This document shows, piece after piece, positions 9,901 to 19,520 of a stretch of DNA of 64,000 nt. Positions within the stretch are counted from its first letter, which is position 1. Each line of letters begins with the position of its first letter. Position numbers and translations under genes: made by a program. Source of the stretch: an uncultured Desulfospira sp. (GTDB lineage Bacteria > Desulfobacterota > Desulfobacteria > Desulfobacterales > Desulfobacteraceae). Below the pieces are notes generated by a model that did not search any database, was not told the origin of the DNA, and saw only the letters and a program-made list of their open reading frames with translations. The DNA lies in assembly GCA_963663165.1 (NCBI GenBank), contig OY760175.1, positions 5,024,001 through 5,088,000 on the forward strand, in the 5' to 3' direction.

Positions 9901-10623
9901 GTTGTCATCGTAAGCATAGATTCCACTGGCACCTTTGGCCTGAGTTGAGATGTTGCCTGTAATGTCAATGCTGTTATCTGACTGGATGATAACGGCGTCG
10001 GACGCTGAACCGATGGCCTTTATTTCGCCGGATAGGCTTAATGTATTGCCCTCGTTGAGATAAACCCCCTGGGCACCGTCTCCGGTAATGTCGACCAAGC
10101 CTGATATGTCGATCTGGTTGTTGTTGTTGGCCTTGATTCCGAACAAAAAAGGCTGAGAGGGTCCGATAACGACCAAGTCATCTCCATATACAGGGATTCC
10201 CGAGCTTGGACGGTCAAATACATCCCCGATACCTTCCCCGGAAATATTGATAGTGCCGGCAAGGTTGATGGTAGAGTTGTTGCTTACCTGGATACCCATG
10301 GCGCCACTGCCCGAAGTGGAAATGGTTCCTGACACATTGATGTCGTTGTTGCTGCTTCCATAAACACCGCAATTTCCCGCCCCGGTTGTAGTGATCGATC
10401 CCCCAGCCTCAATGGTCAACGCCTCTCCCTGTGTAATGGGCCAGGGATTGGCAGGGTAAGTGGTACTGCCGTTGGTGCCTAAAGCCGCATCTGAAATGAC
10501 TAGGTCAGCCCGGATTGGAACAGGGGCAAGGAACAAAAGACAAATGATTAGACATAGCCTGGTACAAGTGGACAGTGGAAGTGACATTCTGAGTTGATTT
10601 ATGACTGGATCCGGTAAAAACAT
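6991..10623 (-). CDS. Type Va autotransporter with repetitive beta-helical passenger
   Basis: Signal-peptide-like N-terminus, many ~22-aa SG(T)IxTxG repeats, C-terminal barrel (GIDGYTADTYGLVIGVD...INFRFPF) ending in F. Confidence 0.9.
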   Translation of the reverse strand: MFLPDPVINQLRMSLPLSTCTRLCLIICLLFLAPVPIRADLVISDAALGTNGSTTYPANPWPITQGEALTIEAGGSITTTGAGNCGVYGSSNNDINVSGTISTSGSGAMGIQVSNNSTINLAGTINISGEGIGDVFDRPSSGIPVYGDDLVVIGPSQPFLFGIKANNNNQIDISGLVDITGDGAQGVYLNEGNTLSLSGEIKAIGSASDAVIIQSDNSIDITGNISTQAKGASGIYAYDDNHINLTGSITTQGKYADAIIAVSGNNINVSGTITTAGENAHGLYTGYGTNINMSGTITTSGETSPGIYNYGGNTIDISGTVNTKNSTGMSIGVYYADMLNVSGTVNGYIHTAYLDTVNISGSVLSLGNTGIHDEGSSNLNISGIVSSAGDNGTCIEASGHLDMSGTISTTGYQNPGLNPGEGADVSGTIQTSGTQSYGIIVYGTNLLMSGTVSTSGTEAHGIFTSSDNFLNISGIVSAAGDGADGINLEYGGNSVHLSGWISASGSGSYALHSQSMYNLIGPGGDSDQPSGENVFHLLNGVDIAGDIHNSGAGWAAHLTSGRTAHLTFGYAKNRDGTANMTAVDPNFTLTLGGSITSSSDGSWDGYFAGGSTTLSGTSNEFRNLFIGGLTFDGVSVPEGFGDTTSLAAIADAAANLNVTRAMSTDGTIYIGQGSTYSLAGVHTHTGSEVFLNGTLSLNSGSSFLNHAANTDNHSNYFVNNSVLTVTGGQTGRIEGNYSQTENGSLVLEACGIADYGKLVVTGTADFSDSNTLTVELSSDNTLKANDVLQDVVSAGILIADSDEITVNYNSAMWRFVPYINNNAIDLIYKSHLTCTEAVSGSSSVFSPLASGAAGVLDHLFQTGTTNGDMQTVLNELSALGTNNQVGRAVAQIVPVLAGAGNQIGFDLAVNGAVQVVGSRMAGFRGMSAGDAVFEDRMAWIKPYYSRTEQDKRNGIDGYTADTYGLVIGVDGRVHPNLQIGAALSYGTSDINSDSSIATHTQDVKTWQATLYTNNEITDTLTLNLIGALGFNTNESDRNILFGNINRIASAKYDSLHALLDGELIKTWALDEKLSLSTSLKIQYIYLDVEGYEETGADSLNLSVEGTDADSLVASIGGGLKYAVASNQNLTARIDIGYDFLADTSSLISSYAGGGPSFAIRGNSPDEIVYRGGIGYELNHSTGLEIALHYRMEARKDFKNHTGSINFRFPF

Positions 10624-10699
10624 TTTTTCTCCTTCAAAAAGAACAATTCAAGGGAACTCTCATGAACAACAGCTATACAGGAACAACAGTTACATAGGC

Positions 10700-10904
10700 C
10701 AACCCGGATATTTCACAAAGTGCTTTTGCCCCATATGCAAGGCACAGTCGGGAAAATTGTAGTGACTTTACCGCCACCGGACCGTAACGCAGCAGATCAG
10801 GCCTAAAAGCTTCTCCCAGGGGACAGCTTTTCGGAATTTTTTCGATAATAAACACAACCTCCCATAACAAAATTATTTGAAAAAGTCATGAGAAATCTAA
10901 GCTA
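10700..10904. mobile_element. Degenerate ~205-bp MITE-like element
   Basis: Imperfect terminal inverted repeats caacccggatatttca / tgagaaatctaagcta; no transposase; right end coincides with the nuclease stop codon. Confidence 0.5.
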
Positions 10905-11546
10905 ATTTTTTCTGGGGTGACTTATTCGCCAAATCCGGGGACTCTGATAACGCCGGCCCTGGGACCACATGCCTGTGCCAGCGTTTCTGGCTTTTTTTTC
11001 TGCCTGAACGTATGGTTTCGAATTCAGGGTTTTGGGCTTTTTCCCCTGATAGACTTCGGCTAAGCCCGCCTTCACCATTTCCAGGTTAACATTAATGCCC
11101 TCGCAGAAAACCTCAGCCAGAACCCGGTTATAGCCACCGAGTCCATGGCTTTTGAGGAAAACCTGTTTTCCGTCCGTCAACCGGGATAAGAGGTTTTTGG
11201 CCTTCTGGCTGAAAGGCTGCCCTTCCTGTCCCCCATATCCGGTTTCAGGGGCATCAATCCCCACCAGGCGGATTTTTAATTTCAGCCCGGCCCCCTGCAC
11301 CAGAATGGTATCCCCGTCATACACCTTGACCACAGCAAACCGGCTTCCCTGTTGTGAGGCCCGGGTGACCTTTTCGCTGATCTCCTCGGTAACCTGATCC
11401 GGCATAACGCCTAATGGCGCCCCGGTATTGGAATAATGCCTGATCCCATCATCATCGGTCCAGGAATATACTTTTCCGGCTGTTGCCGTGGCCGGGCCGC
11501 CGAAAATGACCATGCAAAGGAAAAAGCCTGAAAAAAAACCTTTCAT
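10902..11546 (-). CDS. Secreted thermonuclease (SNase-like) with N-terminal DUF4124-like domain
   Basis: Signal peptide, VYSWTDDDGIRHYS, VYDGDTI, IRLVGIDAPE, NLEMVKAGLA, GMWS. Confidence 0.9.
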   Translation of the reverse strand: MKGFFSGFFLCMVIFGGPATATAGKVYSWTDDDGIRHYSNTGAPLGVMPDQVTEEISEKVTRASQQGSRFAVVKVYDGDTILVQGAGLKLKIRLVGIDAPETGYGGQEGQPFSQKAKNLLSRLTDGKQVFLKSHGLGGYNRVLAEVFCEGINVNLEMVKAGLAEVYQGKKPKTLNSKPYVQAEKKARNAGTGMWSQGRRYQSPRIWRISHPRKN

Positions 11547-11604
11547 AGTTTCTCTCCTAAGATGAGAGAAACTATAAAGGCTTCACGCTTTTCGGGCAAG
11601 GCCC

Positions 11605-11630
11605 GGGACAAAAATAAACTTTTTGTCCCG
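11605..11630. terminator. Hairpin downstream of the disrupted receptor gene
   Basis: gggacaaaaa-taaac-tttttgtccc. Confidence 0.4.
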
Positions 11631-13154
11631 AAAATTTGATTTTCAAATCCGCTTAAAACGAAACATTTAAACCGATAAGCATATTGAATCCCGGAAACGG
11701 GTAGAATGTTTCACTGCCGGGATCACCATCGCCGGTGCCAACAACGCTCTGATCAAAAATGTTGTTCGCCGCTGCATAGAACTCAACCCGGCCGAATGTT
11801 TTTGCATACCGGGCATTTAAGACCCAATCGCCATCTTCTTCATTGGTGTTGGCATAGTTGAAATAGCGCTTGCCCGTATACACCGGATTAATTGAAATAT
11901 CGCCCAAAGTTTCGTGTCTATAGCCCAGCTTCAAGGCAAACATCATTTCCGGTATACCGGTCAGGTAATTTCCGGAATAATCCACGCCCCCGCTGATAAA
12001 CTCATCAAACTTAGACTCCTGCCAGGTGAAGCTGGCCGAAGCGTAAAAACCATGGGGCAACCTGGCATTGGCCCCCATTTCCACACCTGTGGTGCTGGTC
12101 TCTCCTGCGTTTTCATATTGTCCGGTCCAAAAGTTCGCAGTGGGCCTGACAAACTTATCGGTTACGTTTTGCCAGAAAACAGCCAGATTGTAGTCCAGCC
12201 AATGGGAAATATTGCCGCGAACACCGACTTCATAGGAATAGAGCTTTTCCGGGTTCAAATCACCATTGGTAAACCATTGCCGTAATCTTACCGGGCTTTT
12301 CATGCCGGTGTTAAATCCTGCAAACAGGTTTACTTCATCACACAATTGGTAGGTGAGGCCGATCTTGGGGCTCAAGGCGTTGTGTTTTGAAGACCAGGTG
12401 CTGGAACTTGCCATATTGGCTTCTTGCTCCAGATCAAAATAGTCGTATCGTATGCCGGCGGTAATGGTGAGGGCATCGGTTATTGCCAACTCATCTTGCA
12501 GATAAGCCGCATAACTGATGTCTTCCCGGGAAAAGTCCTGATTTTTGGCTATCAAGTCATGAAAACTGACGGCTGTATGCCTTATTCCATGAAGATCATG
12601 ATACCGATACTCGGCGCCAATCACCAGCTTGTTTGCCATGCCCCCGATGTCATGGTTAAAGGCCATGCGCACTTCCGGGTGCGCTACTACCGAATCAGCA
12701 CCCATATAATAATAACCGCTAAACATTCTCCAGCTAGTGTCCTGCGCTTCTATTTTGCACATGAATTCATGGGGCCCCAGGTTTTGTTCATATACAAGTG
12801 CGCCCAGGCTTGCTTCGTTTTCGGAATAATAATCAGGGCCGGTGTTCGGATTTTGGGTGGGATCTTCGTTAAATTGTTCCCGGGTCATGCCTGCCGTGTA
12901 ATTTCCTTTTGAATCCGTGTATGAACCATGAAAAGCAAGGGTGGAATTATTGTTCAGGGACCGCTTCACCGTGGTGTATACATTATTGATATCAAAATAC
13001 CCCCCGTCCTGATAAGAATCTTCGCGTGTTAAGGAGGCGTCAAGGTAGTATTCCCAATTCTCATTAGAACCATTGATCACGCTATAGGCATTGCCGCTCC
13101 CAAGGCTTGTATAGGCGACTCCGGCCTTGGCTTCCAGGGGGGGTGCATTCCCAT

Positions 13155-14555
13155 TTAGTGGCCTAAGCAAAGTGACCGAATTTGTATGAAGATATTGTCA
13201 GTCAAGATGTTCCACCTCCCGGAAAGGAGCTGACTCCTTAAGAACAACATTGATTCGGATGTTTCCGGTTTCCAGAATATACCCGGTGATTTCATTCTGA
13301 GATTTATAACCCGACGTATTGCACTTTCAACACAGCCGCTGCCAGTAGGTATTTTCAGGCTGCAGAACTGGCGATACTGCATTCTGTTTCGATTTTTCAC
13401 GAAGTAACTTTTAAATTTGGATAGTGCTTCTATGCGCCTTTTAGGGTACGTAATGTGTTTTACAATTTCTTTTCTAAGGTCTTTGAATCTGCCATCCCAA
13501 AGGAGGTTCTTCCAAGATTCTGCTATCCGGTTTCTTTCTTTTATAGGGATTCTCTTTGGCAATTTGTCCACGATTTCATGTAAATTCTGTTTTGCATGGG
13601 TGTAGTCGATTACCTCATAATAGGATTCGATTTCAAGCCGTTTGGCCAGCGGGCCTGTTCGCTTCCAATAGCTACGTGCACCGTCACAGCAGAAAACAAC
13701 ACGCTTGGCTTTGGGAATATCTAATTCACGCAAGTAGATCTCAAGAATATCAAAAGCGGCATCAATACCGCCCATTGTGGCATCATAAACCGGCAAGTGT
13801 TTTTTGGATATTGTGCCGTCCGGATCGACAATATGTATGACAAACTGAATGGGTTCTTTCCATTCAGCATGATATCCCTGCCGCTTTTGGCCTTTTGATT
13901 TACGTCCCCGTTTTGGCCTCCGTTCTCGAAGGCGACCGCCGTCGATACAAACCAGAACCGTTTTGCCACCAACGCGATCAGTATCTCCAAAAGATACCCG
14001 GCCACGCAGGGGCATAGCTTCCTGTGCAAGATTCATTGTTATGCGGCGTATGGTTTTGACATTTAAGTTGATTGCATGGTTTTCCAGGGATCTTCGGGCA
14101 ATTTCAAAAGAGGGACAGAGCAATGCTGCATGGACCACCGACGAAGCGAACAGCGTTGAACACCTGCCGATAAAACCAAGGTAATCAAGCCCAAAATGGC
14201 GGCCTGTCCCCTTTTGTCGTTTTTTTGTTTTAGGGCCTGGCCGTTGTTTGGAAACAACTTTTGAAAAGTAAGGGGATCGGATGCTCAGGGTAGTTCCTGT
14301 CAATAATCGAATGCTGCTGGGGCGGTATCCGTTGAAACGCAGTCCCTTTTTACCGGCACCAATTTTCAGTTCAGATAAAAGATCCGGGTCAGACAGTGCC
14401 TTTTCAATGACGGGAACCAGAAATGCTTCCACAATAATGAAGAGGCCGTTCCGTACCTGCTCACACAGGATATTAGCATTTTGATGGTTTTGGAAATCAG
14501 CTACGGCTTTTGTTAGAAGGGTTCGAATATCCCTTATAGTGGAAGCAAGTTTCAT
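13155..14555 (-). CDS. Transposase, ISKra4/ISLre2-like (Mutator-type)
   Basis: CIDGGR, CCDGA, DYTHA (DxxH), GSGCVESAIRRVINLRMK; stop lies inside the inverted repeat. Confidence 0.8.
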   Translation of the reverse strand: MKLASTIRDIRTLLTKAVADFQNHQNANILCEQVRNGLFIIVEAFLVPVIEKALSDPDLLSELKIGAGKKGLRFNGYRPSSIRLLTGTTLSIRSPYFSKVVSKQRPGPKTKKRQKGTGRHFGLDYLGFIGRCSTLFASSVVHAALLCPSFEIARRSLENHAINLNVKTIRRITMNLAQEAMPLRGRVSFGDTDRVGGKTVLVCIDGGRLRERRPKRGRKSKGQKRQGYHAEWKEPIQFVIHIVDPDGTISKKHLPVYDATMGGIDAAFDILEIYLRELDIPKAKRVVFCCDGARSYWKRTGPLAKRLEIESYYEVIDYTHAKQNLHEIVDKLPKRIPIKERNRIAESWKNLLWDGRFKDLRKEIVKHITYPKRRIEALSKFKSYFVKNRNRMQYRQFCSLKIPTGSGCVESAIRRVINLRMKSPGIFWKPETSESMLFLRSQLLSGRWNILTDNIFIQIRSLCLGH

Positions 14556-14612
14556 GATCAGTCCTCGAATTGCAGGTTGAAAAATTACCTGTCATTTCGA
14601 TGACTGAAACCC

Positions 14613-15485
14613 TCAAGGTTGTGTGCATAGCTGCTTTTTATAATTGGAAGTCAACGGGTATACATAGATGTCTTTTATCGGCACCTGAAGTCTGTGGTGC
14701 CTGTCTTGACGGCTTCGCCCTTTGCTTTGACCAATTTTTTGCCAATTTGCCGCCTGGTAGCAAGTTCCGGCAAAGCGTGATCGATCCACGAAAGTTTCTA
14801 CCAGACAGATATCGTGACCATATTTAGCTGTCCAGTCCCGGCTCAGCCGCCTAAGACATGAACCCAGAATATGACTGGCAAGATGGGGAATTCGAATCCA
14901 TGGCAAAATCAAAAATCGGGTATTGTTGGTCGTCATATGCAGGTTCCTGCGACGAGCCGACCTATCCCAACCGATGAATCGGTCACGAGGGGCCGTTTTC
15001 CATGCTGCTGAGCCAAAAAGCAGGCAGGCAACCGGACGAGAATTGCGATCAAAAGCCATATACTTCATATGTTCTCCGACATACCCTTTACACCCAAGGT
15101 AATGATATCGATCCATAAGGCAATGGAATAAATCATCAATATCTCCACGGCCCGATACCGGTATCAATTGTATCGGGCGGATCTTACGCAAAGTGGTTTC
15201 TATCGGCTTACAATCATGGGGGACATCGGGAATACGCCGCTGACGGTTACCGCTATGACGGGCAACGGGAAGTGTGACCATCCCTTTTTGCTCAAGTTTT
15301 CTCAGCATGCTTCGACAGGCCATGTCCTTGAGCAGACCTTTTTCCGTGCGCCAATCCCAGCGAGCACACAATTCTTTGGATAAACGAGTGCGGTGCCAGG
15401 CGGGATTGTCGTTAATCAAATGGCGTATCGTTTGTATATCAACTTCTGAAAATTCACGTCCTTGAATGGTTAAAGTCCTGCTCAT
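14613..15485 (-). CDS. DUF4338 protein (DruA-annotated, Mom-like GNAT fold) carried inside the IS
   Basis: YHYLG, AAWK...RDRFIGW, NNTRFLILPW, LASHIL, ETFVD...GTCYQAANW. Confidence 0.8.
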   Translation of the reverse strand: MSRTLTIQGREFSEVDIQTIRHLINDNPAWHRTRLSKELCARWDWRTEKGLLKDMACRSMLRKLEQKGMVTLPVARHSGNRQRRIPDVPHDCKPIETTLRKIRPIQLIPVSGRGDIDDLFHCLMDRYHYLGCKGYVGEHMKYMAFDRNSRPVACLLFGSAAWKTAPRDRFIGWDRSARRRNLHMTTNNTRFLILPWIRIPHLASHILGSCLRRLSRDWTAKYGHDICLVETFVDRSRFAGTCYQAANWQKIGQSKGRSRQDRHHRLQVPIKDIYVYPLTSNYKKQLCTQP

Positions 15486-16265
15486 GCAAATCTATATAAC
15501 CTTTCATGAGCCAGGAGTCCAGCTTTTTTTGGGAGGGCAGAGTATTCAATGCAGCATGAAAAACGGAAAAATTGGATACATGTCAGTTCATGCCACTAAA
15601 TGGGATTGCACCCTTCCAGGGGTTTCTTTGCCTTCCGGGTAATGATGTTGATAACGCCGCCCATGGCCTGGTCTCCATATTCAGCCGATGGGGTTTTGAT
15701 GATCTCAATGCGCTCTATATCATGCACTGCCAGGCGCCCGGGCCTCATGGCGCCATTTCCATTATTGAGTTCTATGCCGTTGATCATCAACCTCATTCCC
15801 CACTGGGTAAGCTCACTGCCCCTGCTGCTCACCGAAATATCGATATCTACAGGACTGTGGGGGAGATACAGTCCCGGTATATTTAATTCCTGCAACAAGG
15901 TGAGCGCGTTGTAATGACCCGGATACTGTTCTATTTCTTCCCGGGAGACGACGCTGACATTGGTGGGTATTTTATCCACCTCGGTGCTCATCTTGGTTGA
16001 GGTGACGATTATATCGCCAAGATCAGTAGTTTTGGAATCTTCTTTATCATCCTGGGCCCACCCGGGCGGACAGGATAAAAGAAAGATCATTAGTGTGATA
16101 AAGGCAAGGTAAAATATTGATATACCAGTGCTGCTTAATTTTTTTTCCTTAACTGCATCAACCATGTTAAATTCCTTTCAGACCGTATCAAGTTGTTTTG
16201 AAATAACATTTTCATTTCAGATAATCATACGGAATAACATATATATGGGCAGTCTTTGACGCGGC

Positions 16266-16301
16266 TATCAGATCCGTTCAATTCTTTATCATCAGCGTTC
16301 A
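16266..16301 (-). promoter_or_regulatory. 21-bp-spaced direct repeat, putative AraC binding site for receptor 1
   Basis: tatca-N4-cgttca at 16266 and 16287. Confidence 0.4.
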
Positions 16302-16305
16302 TTTT

Positions 16306-17310
16306 TTATACGGTTTCATTCTGACGGTAGTAACTTGGGGGCATGCCGAAAAAGTCCCGAAATGCTTTTGCAAAATGGCTTGAACTTGAATAGCCTAAAG
16401 TGTAAGCAATCTGTGTCATGCTCAAATCTTTATCTTCAATCATCAGCTTGGCCTTTTCGATGCGTTTTATACGAAGATATTCCATGGGAGATACGCCGAA
16501 CAGCTGGTTAAACCCATGGTATAGCTTTGTACGGGACACACCGATTGTCCTGGCCAGTTCCATTACATCGGGAGGAGAGGAAAGATTCTTTGACAGCAGC
16601 TCCCCGGCAAAGTGAAACCGGTCGGCATCGCCGGATCTGACAGATGAGTTATTTTGCTGCTTTTTCCCGGCCGGTCTGATCTGATCAAGTTTACAGGCAA
16701 TCAGTTCCATTGCCTTGCCTTCGATAAAAATACGACGGGCAGCCCCTTGGTAAGGACACGAAAAAAGCTGTTGCAAAATAACCCGCATGGAAGGTGTCAA
16801 AATCCCCTCGGCATGATAAGGTTCGTATACGGCTGTTCCGGAACCCGCTGAAATCTTTGGTTTAAAAGGGATTGAATCCATTTCTTCTTCCAATAAAGGA
16901 AAAAACAATGACGGTTCAATCAGGATCAGGACCTTGTGAATATGTGTTTCGGGCATATCTTTATGAGAATGCATCATGTTCGGTGAATAAAAGAACCCAC
17001 TGTCACCGGACTTCACAGTCAAGGGTTTTTTTAAACACTCAAAGCTTAATTCCGTGTGTCCTGAAAGACAAAAGCGGAAGCCAAATAAAGGCGAGGTGAC
17101 TTTGTTTTGACTGGTTAATAGCTGTAAGGTTTTGTAGTTGTGCAAGTATACAGTAAGGCCGCTTTTAAATCGGAACTCTTTCATTATCCCCGTTCCGATA
17201 TCGGGCCGGACGCCCCAGCATGTTTCAAAACCAGTGGTCTTTATCTTAATATAATCCGGCGAATCTACATTACTTCCCGGTTGTCGGCCGCCCCATTTTT
17301 TTCTATTCAT
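16306..17310 (-). CDS. AraC-family regulator (PchR/YbtA-like)
   Basis: RRIFIEGKAMEL; double HTH; IAYTLGYSSSSHFAKAFRDFFG. Confidence 0.9.
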   Translation of the reverse strand: MNRKKWGGRQPGSNVDSPDYIKIKTTGFETCWGVRPDIGTGIMKEFRFKSGLTVYLHNYKTLQLLTSQNKVTSPLFGFRFCLSGHTELSFECLKKPLTVKSGDSGFFYSPNMMHSHKDMPETHIHKVLILIEPSLFFPLLEEEMDSIPFKPKISAGSGTAVYEPYHAEGILTPSMRVILQQLFSCPYQGAARRIFIEGKAMELIACKLDQIRPAGKKQQNNSSVRSGDADRFHFAGELLSKNLSSPPDVMELARTIGVSRTKLYHGFNQLFGVSPMEYLRIKRIEKAKLMIEDKDLSMTQIAYTLGYSSSSHFAKAFRDFFGMPPSYYRQNETV

Positions 17311-17560
17311 TTCTATCTCTTTGCAGCGTAAATTGGCCTGCTCTGCAGGTCTATGTTGAAAACAATCAAAAGAGCAACTTGCAAGTCTGGCATAAAAAAA
17401 GCCGGGAATTCCGGATGGAGTTCTTTTCTCCCGGCCTTCCTGGCTTTAACTATTGCTATTTAACTATTAATTAATTGTTTAGGATCAACGGTTTCAGTAC
17501 CGTTATTTAAGGATTATTGGGTATTATACTTTTTTGCTGGTGTCAAGATATATACTATAA

Positions 17561-19520
17561 CAGGAGTTTCGGAGATAAGCCTCTCGGGATTGCTGAACGC
17601 CTTTATTGATAAGCCTTTTCGGCTCTGCCTTTTGTAGTACCCCTCAAATCAAGCCGCCTTCTATGTTAAAAACCCTGTCAAATAGGGCTTTCTATTATTT
17701 TTCTCTTGACTTGTAAGACCCTACCATATACTATGAAGCATGGCACATTTCCACATTAAGAAGAAAAAAGGAAGACCCTACCTTTATGTGAGGGAGATCG
17801 CTCGGGTAAACGGCAAGCCCAAGGTCATTTCTCAAACCTATATTGGGTCACCGGATCGGGTAGCGGGCCTTGTGAAGGGACAGTCCCAGGAAATAACAAC
17901 CTTGAGGGCTGAAGAATTCGGTGCGCTGTGGCTGGCCCAGCAAGCAGATAAAGACTTTGATCTTTGCTCTTTGATTGATGAGATTATTCCACCTGCAGAT
18001 CGAGAAAAAGGACCTACAATAGGGGAATATTTCCTTTATTGTGTCTGGAATCGCATGATTGAGACCGCCAGTAAAAACAAATTGTCGGATTGGTATAAGA
18101 GAACCGCGATCCAGCATATACGCCCTGTCGATCTAAACGAACTCTCATGCAAACGATACTGGGACAAATGGGACCGGGTTGATGAAAAAAACTTAAACGC
18201 TATCATATCCAAGTTCTTTGAACGATTATGGCAGGTCGAAAACCCTTCTTCTGATTGCCTGCTATTTGACACCACTAATTATTATACCTTCATGGGAAGC
18301 CAAACCGAGTCAGAAATAGCGCGCAGGGGTAAAAACAAGGAAGGGAGGCATCATCTCAGACAGATCGGCCTTGGCCTTCTGGTTGCACGAGACACCAGGC
18401 TCCCTTTATTTTATTCGATTTATCCAGGCAACATTCATGATAGCAAACACTTTGAAGCGGTCATGGAGGCAGTGTTTGGGGTAGTATGCGCCCTGAACAA
18501 GACCAAAGAGCGGCTTACAATTGTTATTGACAAGGGAATGAATTCAGAAGGGAATTATACCTGGATTGACGAGCATTCCAGGGTCCATTTTATTACGACA
18601 TATTCCACTTATTTTGCCCAGGAACTTGCCACCATCCCACTCGACCAGTTTGAAATTGCAGATACTGCCCGAAACAGAAGGTTGATTGATGAAGAATGCC
18701 AGGATGAGTGTCAATTGGCACATCGGACCAAAAAAGAATACTGGGGCAAGGAGCGGGCAGTTATCATAACTTATAACCCCAGAACAGCCCGAAAGAAATC
18801 ATACACCTTTGAAAGCAAGCTTGATACGATCCGACAGGAACTGCTCTTAATGAGGGCCAAGGTGAAAGAAGGGGCCGTTCACTGGAAAAAAGCCGAGGAC
18901 ATACAAGCCAGATATATCCGGTTGTGTCAAAGGCTTCACATGGCCTCCGATTTATTTACTCTGAATTTTGAAACCTCAGAAGATGGCTTGAATATGAGCT
19001 TCCGAAAAGATCCATACATAGTGAAGCAAAAAAAAATGATGTTCGGTAAAAATATTATCATCACAGATAATACGGATTGGGCAACAAGAGACATTATTGA
19101 AGCGAGTTTAGACCGCTGGCAAGTTGAAGACCGCTTCCGTCTCAGTAAGAATGAGGACTTAGTCGGTGTGCAGCCGATCCGGCACTGGACTGACAGCAAA
19201 ATCAAATGCCATTTATTTACATGTGTGGCAGCCATGGTTTACCTGCGCCGAATTGAATTAAAACTAAAGAACTCCGGAATTGAACGGACAGCAGAGGACG
19301 TCATGGATGATATGAAGCATCTACATTCCATTTTGACGTTGCCGAAAGGTGCAAGAAAACCGACCAGGCGCCTTGAGACGCCGAGTAAGACCCAGGCCGA
19401 AGTCCTATCGGCCTTTGGCTATCATGTTAATGAAGGTGGGGTCTTACAGTCAGAAAATTGAGTTACGCCCGCCAAGCAAGGCTTTCGCCGAGCCATGCCC
19501 TCTTAACCACGAAACTCCTG
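17561..19520 (+). mobile_element. IS1634-family insertion sequence (1,960 bp)
   Basis: Terminal inverted repeats CAGGAGTTTCG...TAAG (16/19 match); 5-bp TATAA duplication at 17556-17560 and 19521-19525. Confidence 0.9.
17740..19461 (+). CDS. IS1634-family transposase
   Basis: KKKGRPYLY...GKPK, FDTTN, YPGNIHDS, IDKGMNS, RWQVEDRFRLSK, PIRHW. Confidence 0.9.
   Translation: MAHFHIKKKKGRPYLYVREIARVNGKPKVISQTYIGSPDRVAGLVKGQSQEITTLRAEEFGALWLAQQADKDFDLCSLIDEIIPPADREKGPTIGEYFLYCVWNRMIETASKNKLSDWYKRTAIQHIRPVDLNELSCKRYWDKWDRVDEKNLNAIISKFFERLWQVENPSSDCLLFDTTNYYTFMGSQTESEIARRGKNKEGRHHLRQIGLGLLVARDTRLPLFYSIYPGNIHDSKHFEAVMEAVFGVVCALNKTKERLTIVIDKGMNSEGNYTWIDEHSRVHFITTYSTYFAQELATIPLDQFEIADTARNRRLIDEECQDECQLAHRTKKEYWGKERAVIITYNPRTARKKSYTFESKLDTIRQELLLMRAKVKEGAVHWKKAEDIQARYIRLCQRLHMASDLFTLNFETSEDGLNMSFRKDPYIVKQKKMMFGKNIIITDNTDWATRDIIEASLDRWQVEDRFRLSKNEDLVGVQPIRHWTDSKIKCHLFTCVAAMVYLRRIELKLKNSGIERTAEDVMDDMKHLHSILTLPKGARKPTRRLETPSKTQAEVLSAFGYHVNEGGVLQSEN

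Larger units (their letters stand above)
13141..15613 (-). mobile_element. 2,473-bp insertion sequence, Mutator-like DDE (ISKra4/ISLre2-type), with a passenger gene
   Basis: 22-bp terminal inverted repeats GGGTGCA(T/A)TCCCATTTAGTGGC with 1 mismatch; 9-bp target duplication TTCCAGGGG at 13132-13140 and 15614-15622. Confidence 0.92.
11653..16165 (-). pseudogene. TonB-dependent receptor interrupted by IS (signal plus plug 15614..16165; barrel 11653..13140)
   Basis: Removing the IS and one target-duplication copy rejoins ...GGVINIITRKAKK-PLE-AKAGVAY... in frame; plug motifs and terminal F present. Confidence 0.9.

Noticed and set aside
10673..10870. 65-aa ORF
   Set aside because: Lies within the MITE-like element; no RBS or protein features.
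14613..15485. Druantia defence system
   Set aside because: Only a DUF4338 gene inside an IS; no DruE helicase or other dru genes.
16198..16230. Fur box upstream of receptor 1
   Set aside because: TGAAA-N6-TTTCA and GATAATCAT are suggestive, but the spacing is off and the region is AT-rich; not supportable.
17394..17450. Cobalamin riboswitch upstream of araC1
   Set aside because: AAGCCAGGA and a terminator-like hairpin are present on the minus strand, but the conserved aptamer core is absent.
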